Of a stretch of DNA of 32,000 nucleotides, positions 26,538 to 32,000 are shown one piece after another (the stretch's first letter is position 1; each line of letters opens with the position of its first letter). Position numbers and translations under genes: made by a program. Where the stretch lies: positions 90,001 through 122,000 of the forward strand of contig NC_010547.1 in the NCBI RefSeq assembly GCF_000017845.1. The letters run 5' to 3'. Source of the stretch: Crocosphaera subtropica ATCC 51142. Its GTDB lineage: Bacteria; Cyanobacteriota; Cyanobacteriia; Cyanobacteriales; Microcystaceae. A model generated the notes under the pieces. That model saw only the letters and a program-made list of their open reading frames with translations. It did not search any database and had not been told where the DNA came from.

Positions 26538-26572
26538 GGGAAGCCAAGTCCAATGCTTCCCTCTATTTTTTT
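26538..26572 (+). terminator. Rho-independent terminator
   Basis: GGGAAGC-N10-GCTTCCC followed by TCTATTTTTTT. Confidence 0.75.
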
Positions 26573-26573
26573 G

Positions 26574-26715
26574 CCAAATCAAGGTCAAATTTCAGCACGA
26601 AAATACCGTTAAGTTTAGGGCATTATGAACAAAGCTCTATTCTAGTCTGGATAAGGATTATAGCCATCCGCAGCAACTACTATTTTTCTTATAAATAAAC
26701 GTGGTTGCTGCGGGT
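26574..26715 (+). repeat. ~145-bp leader repeat, copy C (IR arms 26668-26675 / 26706-26713)
   Basis: Same element. The downstream motif is degenerate (GCTACCGC at 26732). Confidence 0.7.
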
Positions 26716-26780
26716 AAACTTCGGGCTTTAAGCTACCGCTTAGAATGAAGATGTTTACACCCTAATAGTAAGTAGAACAA

Positions 26781-26948
26781 ATAAGTCAATACGAGAAATT
26801 GAGAGAATTAGATGAGGAGAATAGTCAGCGAGAAAAAGAATTTTACATCCGTCTGATTCAAGACGATGTTCCTGTAGAACTTAAAATGCTCTGAAACAAA
26901 TGGGCTAACGCACGAAGGGAATATCATGATCTCAATTTAAAATACTAA
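26781..26948 (+). pseudogene. Decayed paralog of the 25929 small gene (start ATG to ATA; Trp TGG to TGA at 26892)
   Basis: The frame reads ISQYEKLRELDEENSQREKEFYIRLIQDDVPVELKML*NKWANARREYHDLNLKY*, parallel to MSNYEKLRDL...LIQEDVPLELKMIWNEW. Confidence 0.65.
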
Positions 26949-26979
26949 AAACTCTTCCCTAAGATAAACCTCCCAAAAA

Positions 26980-27003
26980 GAGAAGCTATGTCTTCTCTTT
27001 TTT
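26980..27003 (+). terminator. Rho-independent terminator
   Basis: GAGAAG-CTATGT-CTTCTC followed by TTTTTT. Confidence 0.8.
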
Positions 27004-27148
27004 CTGTTGAATCATCGACGAAATAGAACACGAAAATACCGTTAAGTTTAGGGCATAATGAAACAGCCTCTATCTCTGTCTGGATAAAGATTATAGCCAT
27101 CCGCAGCAACTACTATTTTTCTTATAAATAAACGTGGTTGCTGCGGGT
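27004..27148 (+). repeat. ~145-bp leader repeat, copy D (IR arms 27101-27108 / 27139-27146), upstream of nrdA
   Basis: Same element. Confidence 0.7.
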
Positions 27149-27166
27149 CTAAATCATAAGTCGGAA

Positions 27167-27174
27167 GCTAGCGC
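27167..27174 (+). promoter_or_regulatory. GCTAGCGC island motif, copy 10
   Basis: 34 nt before the ATG at 27209; 20 nt after the IR right arm. Confidence 0.6.
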
Positions 27175-27208
27175 TACCCAATCTGAAAATCAACTAATCT
27201 TAGAACTT

Positions 27209-28066
27209 ATGTCACCATCTGTAATCAAACGAGATGGCTCAGTTGCCAACCTCGATTTAAACGAGATCCGAGACGCGATCGCCTATGCCGTCGAAGGCTA
27301 CCCCTTGAATTCTCTGGAATTAGAATCAAGAGTTAATCTCCAACTTAATCAGCCTCGGACAACTAAGTTTATCCAAGAAACCTTAGTCAATACGGCTGTG
27401 CAATTAGCCACGCCGAAAGACCCGGAATGGCTCAACGTCGCAGGACGTCTCCATATCTGGAATTGGTCGCATGAAGTCATTGCCAAGCGAGGATACGGTT
27501 ATGGCCACTATGATGTTTTTGCTGATGAAAACTTGTTCTCTAAGTACACGAATCGACTGAAAGTATATAGCCAAGCTGACTTACAAGAAGCAGTGACCTG
27601 GATTGAACCCGAGTTGGACAAAGTATTTGACCATGCAGGAGCAACTCTCCTGACACAACGCTATTTAAGTGAAGATGAACTAATTCAAGAGGTCTTCTTA
27701 GTGACCGCTTTGGTATTAGCGATTCCAGAGCGAATGGACGAGCGATTGTCTTATGCCAGAGATTTCTACATGGCGATCGCTAATAGAAAGATTTCTTTAG
27801 CCACACCTATCTTAGCCAATCTTCGCTTTGAGGGTGGTTCTGGAACCAGTTGCTTTATCTTGTCAGTAGAGGACTCCATTGACTCTATCTTTGACAATGT
27901 AAAGAACACGGCACGGATTTCCCAGGAAGGCGGTGGCGTTGGGGTCAACCTCAGTCGAATCCGAGCAGTAGGCAGTTGGGTTCGCAATAAACCGAATGTC
28001 AGTGGCGGGCTGATGTCGTGGATTCGGATTTTGAATGATACGGCGATCGCAGTCAATCAAGGAGGT
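27209..28066 (+). CDS. nrdA: Class Ia ribonucleotide reductase alpha (R1) subunit, exon 1
   Basis: MSPSVIKRDGS start, GTSCFIL (Cys225-equivalent), GGGVGVNLSRIRA, ends ..AVNQGG. The track GTG at 27134 lies inside the IR arm. Confidence 0.85.
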
Positions 28067-28330
28067 TGAACTTTAGCCTCGGTATGCAGTAATGCCTACA
28101 AAAATAAACTCCTCTAATTGCTGGAAACTCTTGAAAGAGACAATCAGCAGCGAAGCCAGAGTAATCTGGAACGTTCATCGACTATCGCGCAAGCGAGTAC
28201 CCTAGAAGCGTCTGCTAGGGGAAATGGGGAGCTTCCCACCGGGAAGAAGATATAGTCAGTTCTTTGTGGTGACGCAAAGCAGTTCATAAGAGAACGGGGT
28301 AGAGAGTGGCGTCTCTACCTGAACATCAAG
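28067..28330 (+). ncRNA. Group I self-splicing intron (ORF-less, 264 nt) interrupting nrdA
   Basis: 5' exon ends in U. P1 pairs exon GAGGU (28062-28066) with intron GCCUC (28076-28080), including the U-G wobble. P7 pairs GACUA (28180-28184) with UAGUC (28253-28257), preceded by the core AAGAUAUAGUC. The last intron base is G at 28330. Exons join in frame to QGG-RRAGAVTV. Confidence 0.8.
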
Positions 28331-29659
28331 AGAAGAGCCGGCGCCGTAACCGTTGCCGCCGATATTTGGCACTTAGACATCCCTGAGTTCTTAGAAATGC
28401 GCTCCGAAGCGGGCGACCAACGCCGCAAAGCTTACGATGTGTTCCCTCAAGTGGTGGTAACAGACAACTTCATGCGGCGAGTAGAACAGGGAGCCGCTTG
28501 GACTTTAGTTGACCCCTACGAAGTAAAACAAGTTCTCGGAATCGACTTGCATAATCTCTGGGGAACCGAATTCGATGCTGCCTATGAGCAAATCGAAGAA
28601 GCGGTCGGTCTAGGTGAACTTACCCTAACCCAAACAGTAAATGCTCGGAACCTGTTCATTGATATTCTAGAAACCCAGGTGGAAACAGGCTTACCTTACA
28701 TTGCATTTAAGGATGCAATCAACCGAGCCAATCCAAATAAACACATTGGGATTATTCCCTCTGTCAATCTCTGCTGCGAGAGTTTCTCCGTAGTCGTTCC
28801 TGGAAAACTTGCCCATAGTTGTAACTTAGCCTCGGTGAACCTTGCCCAAGTTGAAGATGATGAATTGGCAGAGATTTGTCAGTTAGTCGTGCGGTTGTTA
28901 GACAATACCATCGATGTGACGACCGCGCCAATTGGAGAAGCAAGGAATCACAACCGGAATTTACGGACCATTGGAGTAGGGGTCTTAGGCTTAGCCGATT
29001 ACTTAGCCAAGCGAGGACTCCGATATCAAGACAAGCGAGAAATCCGCGAACTATTCAAAGAGTTCTCCTATCAGTGCTTGATGGGGTCTGTTCTTCTCGC
29101 TAAAGAGCGAGGAAGTTACCCGGCTATCAATTCCAGTGAGTACGGGATGTTAGAAATTCTCGGTAAATCACGAAGCCAACGTCCTGAATGGAAAGCTTTG
29201 TATGACTTATTTGATTTCTACGGGATTCGTAACAGTCATGTCATGGCGATCGCACCGAATACGTCTTCTTCTCTCATCCAAGGATGTACTGCGTCGGTAC
29301 TACCGCCTTACGCATTATTTAATGCAGAAAGCTTGGGTAAAGGCGACGTCATGAAAGCTGTGCCTTTCCTCCGAGAGTACGGGGATAACTACCAGGAGAA
29401 TCAACGGTTAGAGCAGCGCATTGTCGTTGATGCGATCGCTGAGATGCAGAACTGGGTCGATACCGGAATCAGCATGGAATTGGTATTTAACCTAAATCCT
29501 GATGTTTATGCACTGAATAAAACTGTATATGCTTCTGATATCTATGATACTGCATTGAGAGCTTGGAGACGAGGGCTTAAAGCGATTTACTACATTAGGA
29601 CGGTCAAGGAAGATCGTCTAAGCGAAGTCGATGGTTGTGGCGACAGTTGCACTTTGTAA
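28331..29659 (+). CDS. nrdA: Class Ia ribonucleotide reductase alpha (R1) subunit, exon 2
   Basis: RRAGAVTVAADIWHLDIPEFL aligns with E. coli VRGGAATLFYPMWHLEVESLL. Active site NLCCES; C-terminal Cys pair CGDSCTL. Confidence 0.85.
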   Translation, partial: RRAGAVTVAADIWHLDIPEFLEMRSEAGDQRRKAYDVFPQVVVTDNFMRRVEQGAAWTLVDPYEVKQVLGIDLHNLWGTEFDAAYEQIEEAVGLGELTLTQTVNARNLFIDILETQVETGLPYIAFKDAINRANPNKHIGIIPSVNLCCESFSVVVPGKLAHSCNLASVNLAQVEDDELAEICQLVVRLLDNTIDVTTAPIGEARNHNRNLRTIGVGVLGLADYLAKRGLRYQDKREIRELFKEFSYQCLMGSVLLAKERGSYPAINSSEYGMLEILGKSRSQRPEWKALYDLFDFYGIRNSHVMAIAPNTSSSLIQGCTASVLPPYALFNAESLGKGDVMKAVPFLREYGDNYQENQRLEQRIVVDAIAEMQNWVDTGISMELVFNLNPDVYALNKTVYASDIYDTALRAWRRGLKAIYYIRTVKEDRLSEVDGCGDSCTL

Positions 29660-29666
29660 TTTCTGT

Positions 29667-29700
29667 GAGGGGGTCTGTGAGACCTCCTCGTTTCTTGCTT
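29667..29700 (+). terminator. Rho-independent terminator
   Basis: GAGGGGGTC-TGTGA-GACCTCCTC followed by a T-rich tail. Confidence 0.65.
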
Positions 29701-29704
29701 TGAC

Positions 29705-29712
29705 GCTAGCGC
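29705..29712 (+). promoter_or_regulatory. GCTAGCGC island motif, copy 11
   Basis: 35 nt before the ATG at 29748; SD AGGAGG lies between them. Confidence 0.6.
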
Positions 29713-29747
29713 GTGGGAAACTAGCAAAATAAATAGGAGGCATAGCC

Positions 29748-30128
29748 ATGAACGAACATCTAGTTGCCTTTTTGCCCGATGACAGTGATTTACATATAGA
29801 TTACGGAGAAGAAACCTACAAAGGCGTAGAGGATCTCGCTGTAATGCTAGCTGAAGCATTCCTCTGGGTTTGTCGCAAAGATGAAACAGCAGAAACGGCT
29901 ATTTGTCGTATTTTCTACGAGTTTAATTACCCTGTAGATCCCGAAATTATCAATGATTTTTATCGCTGTTCCTCCCTTATACAAGGGTATGTAAGCCCCG
30001 AACAACTTGAACCGAAATATCAAGAATTCCTCCAAACCGTAGAATCAATCACTCCCAATTTCTACGATTTATTTGAAGCTTACAAAAGTCACTACTTAAG
30101 CGAATTAAACAACGACCTCCCCTGGTAA
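29748..30128 (+). CDS. Hypothetical acidic protein (126 aa); last gene of the island
   Basis: Clean ORF with a strong SD. Confidence 0.55.
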   Translation: MNEHLVAFLPDDSDLHIDYGEETYKGVEDLAVMLAEAFLWVCRKDETAETAICRIFYEFNYPVDPEIINDFYRCSSLIQGYVSPEQLEPKYQEFLQTVESITPNFYDLFEAYKSHYLSELNNDLPW

Positions 30129-30137
30129 AACTTCCAT

Positions 30138-30162
30138 GAGACCTAACTTGGTCTCTTTTTTT
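30138..30162 (+). terminator. Rho-independent terminator
   Basis: GAGACC-TAACTT-GGTCTC followed by T7. Confidence 0.8.
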
Positions 30163-30447
30163 CTCATCGAATATGTATGGAACCTTTCAATAATGAGGGT
30201 TAAGCTTTTATTTAGCAAGTCCTAATTATGGAACTGGGATTGCATGATGAGGTATTCGTTGCCAATCTCCTGATTCTAAGAGTTCGGCGAGTCCAACTTC
30301 TAGTTGTTGGAAGGCTTGTGCAGTTTTGTTGGTCTTTTGCTCCATGAGGTCTAGGAAAATTTTTTGCTTTAGATCAGCGCGAAGCGCAACAATATCACCG
30401 AAGATGCTACTCTTGAAAATAATAAAGATTATGAAAAAATAAAAATA

Positions 30448-31086
30448 ATGATTATTGGATTAGTCAACCAAAAAGGAGGGTGTGGCAAAAGCACCACAGC
30501 AGCACATTTTGCCTATTGGCTTTCCATTTCTGGGTCTGTTATTTTAATTGATGCTGATTCTCAACAATCAAGTTCAACTTGGATATCTCGATTAGAATCA
30601 GTGAAAATTCCTACTCAAGCGATTTTAGACCCTGAGCAATTATTTGAGACCATTGATACAATTTCAGATAAATATGATTCTATTGTTGTTGATGGTCCAG
30701 CCGGATTAAGTGAAGTTACAAAATCGATTTTAGATGTCGTTGATCTCGCTTTAGTGCCATGTCAACCATCGGGGCTAGACCTTAGTAGTAGTAGTAAAAT
30801 TCTTCAATTACTACGTCATCGACAAAAAGTTAGAAGAGGATTACCTAAAACTGGATTATTTCTGAGTCGAGCCGTCAAGGGAACTTTATTACTCAAAGAA
30901 GCTACACAAGCATTAGGGGTTGATCCTCGATTTCCTTTACTCAAATCTATTATTTATCAAAGACAATGTATTGCCGATGCTCCTATTCAACAAAAGACTG
31001 TTTTTGGATTAAGTAGCTCAGCCGCTAAATCAGCAAGTACCGATTATCAAAATCTATTCCAGGAGGCTTTGAAAATCCTTGACTAA
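30448..31086 (+). CDS. parA: ParA/Soj-family partition ATPase (small plasmid type)
   Basis: Deviant Walker A NQKGGCGKST; DADSQQS; 212 aa. Confidence 0.88.
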   Translation: MIIGLVNQKGGCGKSTTAAHFAYWLSISGSVILIDADSQQSSSTWISRLESVKIPTQAILDPEQLFETIDTISDKYDSIVVDGPAGLSEVTKSILDVVDLALVPCQPSGLDLSSSSKILQLLRHRQKVRRGLPKTGLFLSRAVKGTLLLKEATQALGVDPRFPLLKSIIYQRQCIADAPIQQKTVFGLSSSAAKSASTDYQNLFQEALKILD

Positions 31087-31105
31087 GACACAACATAGAC
31101 GGTCA

Positions 31106-32000
31106 GTGAGTGACTATTTATCTACATTACCAACTGAGCCTGAAACTGATTTACCCATTGAATTAATTTCTCTTGAAACCTCACAACCAAGACGTTATTT
31201 TGACCCAGAGAAGTTAGAACAACTAGCCGACTCTATCAGAAAATTTGGCATTATTGAACCCCTATTAGTCAGACAAAAAGGGTCTAGTTATTTCTTAGTT
31301 GCAGGAGAACGTCGCTACCGTGCAGCGAAAATGGCTGAACTGAAAACGGTACCCGTTGTTGTGAGAGAGTTATCTGATGAAGAAGCCTTGGCTGTAGCTC
31401 TGGTAGAGAACTTAGTTCGAGAAGACCTGAATCCTGTTGAGGAAACAGAGGGAATTCTTTGTTTACTGGCATTAGAGTTACAAATAAGTGTAGAAGAAGT
31501 CAAATCTTTATTGTATCGATTGGACAATGAGCAAAAGGGAAAAGCTACCAATAACGTTATTGGTAGCGAAAAACAAGCTCAGATTAAAAGCGTCTTTGAA
31601 GGCTTAGGACAAAGCTGGCAATCTTTTGTTAATAACCGGCTACCCTTGTTAAAATTACCGAATCGTATCCTCGAAGAAATTAGAAAAGGAACTATTGCTT
31701 ACACCAAAGCTAAAGCCATTAGTACCCTAAAAAACGAAGACCAGCAAAAAATATTGTTAGATGAGGCTATTGCCCAGGGTCTTTCTTTGACTGAGATTAA
31801 GCAGAGGATTAAGACGTTAAAAGAACAGCAACATAATAATAATGATGATGATGAAGAAAACTTGTTTAAACAACAGGTAAATAAAACGAATCTGTTGTTG
31901 AAAAAAGCTAAGCCTTTAAAAAATACTCGTCAACAAAAAAAATTGTTGAGGTTGCTCTCAGAAATTGAAACATTATTAACTAACACCGAAATATCTAAAG
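31106..32000 (+). CDS. parB: ParB-family partition protein, partial (runs off window)
   Basis: Frame is open from GTG at 31106 to the window end. ParB/Srx N-domain LPIELISLETSQPRRYFD, VAGERRYRAAKMA, ALVENLVREDLNPVEE. Not in the track because no stop is in the window. Confidence 0.8.
   Translation, partial: MSDYLSTLPTEPETDLPIELISLETSQPRRYFDPEKLEQLADSIRKFGIIEPLLVRQKGSSYFLVAGERRYRAAKMAELKTVPVVVRELSDEEALAVALVENLVREDLNPVEETEGILCLLALELQISVEEVKSLLYRLDNEQKGKATNNVIGSEKQAQIKSVFEGLGQSWQSFVNNRLPLLKLPNRILEEIRKGTIAYTKAKAISTLKNEDQQKILLDEAIAQGLSLTEIKQRIKTLKEQQHNNNDDDEENLFKQQVNKTNLLLKKAKPLKNTRQQKKLLRLLSEIETLLTNTEISK

Noticed and set aside
26415-26612. 65-aa ORF after leader repeat B
   Set aside because: It reads straight through a strong terminator hairpin (26538-26572) into repeat C. 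Its ATG directly abuts the only SD-like GGAGG, with no spacing. The region is more likely noncoding with two hairpins.
26892-26894. TGA read as Trp (stop-codon recoding) in the small-gene paralog
   Set aside because: TGA aligns with a Trp codon of the intact copy. However, clear island genes terminate with TGA (16482-16484, 24753-24755). The same copy has also lost its ATG and its upstream motif, so ordinary pseudogenisation is the simpler explanation.
23069-27148. IR-N30 elements as integron attC sites or a gene-cassette array
   Set aside because: The unidirectional small ORFs and the AAC...GTT in copies A-D suggested attC. However, E1 and E2 lack the GTT core and the arms do not fit RYYYAAC/GTTRRRY. 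No intI or attI is present, and the cassettes have their own terminators and promoter-like motifs.
25724-27148. CRISPR array
   Set aside because: The repeats are about 145 bp, spaced about 380-460 bp apart, and contain genes and terminators between them. No cas genes are present. The geometry is wrong for CRISPR.
23069-27148. NrdR boxes upstream of the RNR genes
   Set aside because: NrdR boxes are AT-rich 16-bp palindromes of the acaCwAtATaTwgtgt type, in tandem about 31-32 bp apart. The arms here are GC-rich CCGCAGCA/TGCTGCGG with 38-bp centre spacing, so this is not the NrdR pattern.
25857-27208. GTG starts proposed by the track at 25857 and 27134
   Set aside because: Both GTGs lie inside the right arm of the IR-N30 element (GTGGTTGCTGCGGG), and the encoded MVAAG... 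residues are repeat sequence. Downstream ATGs at the conserved motif spacing (25929, 27209) give sensible N-termini; nrdA then starts MSPSVIKRDGS.
28067-28396. Intein, frameshift or genuinely split nrdA as the explanation for the two R1 ORFs
   Set aside because: The intervening 264 nt has stops in the reading frame, starting with TGA at its first codon. It also shows group I intron core elements and U/G splice-site boundaries. The exon junction restores a contiguous conserved motif with no extra residues.
30226-30345. 39-aa minus-strand ORF (MEQKTNKTAQAFQQLEVGLAELLESGDWQR...) between the island and parA, possibly the N-terminal stub of a truncated plasmid gene
   Set aside because: It is too short, has no recognisable domain, and I found no continuation of the frame on the other side of the island. 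Kept only as a note.
30440-30456. Zur-like box AAATAATGATTATTGG at the parA start
   Set aside because: It overlaps the parA start codon and first codons (ATG ATT ATT GGA), so coding sequence explains it. It is only a partial palindrome.
24285-31551. Further shadow ORFs (24285-24521, 25195-25410, 27766-28056, 27863-28060, 28876-29103, 29590-29859, 29847-30035, 31284-31472, 31315-31551)
   Set aside because: They are antisense to or out of frame within nrdB, the membrane protein, nrdA, the last island ORF or parB.

Overview
The DNA looks cyanobacterial, with HIP1 palindromes (GCGATCGC) scattered throughout. It falls into three blocks.

(1) 1-11.5 kb is a zinc-homeostasis locus. It holds zur, znuA/znuC/znuB, a COG0523 GTPase translationally coupled to a WD40 protein, a second partial P-loop NTPase, an Mg-type (zinc-independent) hemB, an alpha/beta hydrolase, a PEP-CTERM protein and an FAD oxidoreductase. 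Nearly every promoter carries AT-rich palindromic Zur-type boxes. An ArsR/SmtB sensor plus a short CDF exporter sit in the same locus.

(2) About 11.9-30.2 kb is a phage- or plasmid-like module with almost all genes on the + strand. It encodes a 1472-aa N6-adenine methyltransferase fused to a strawberry-notch-type helicase, a divergent DnaN clamp, a PIN/HTH toxin-antitoxin pair, two RTX-like paralogs and many ORFans. It also carries class Ia RNR genes nrdB and nrdA; nrdA is split by a 264-nt ORF-less group I intron. Genes are mostly separate units bracketed by hairpin terminators. Eleven of them are preceded at a fixed distance by the exact 8-mer GCTAGCGC. Six copies of a second element, CCGCAGCA-N30-TGCTGCGG with a -10-like TATA(A/G)N at a fixed spacer position, precede both RNR units. 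Four of these lie in a tandem array of ~145-bp repeats that contains a decaying gene copy.

(3) 30.4-32.0 kb holds parA and a partial parB.

The most novel signals are the two island-specific cis-element families and the methyltransferase-helicase/clamp pair. All functional interpretations are inference from sequence only.
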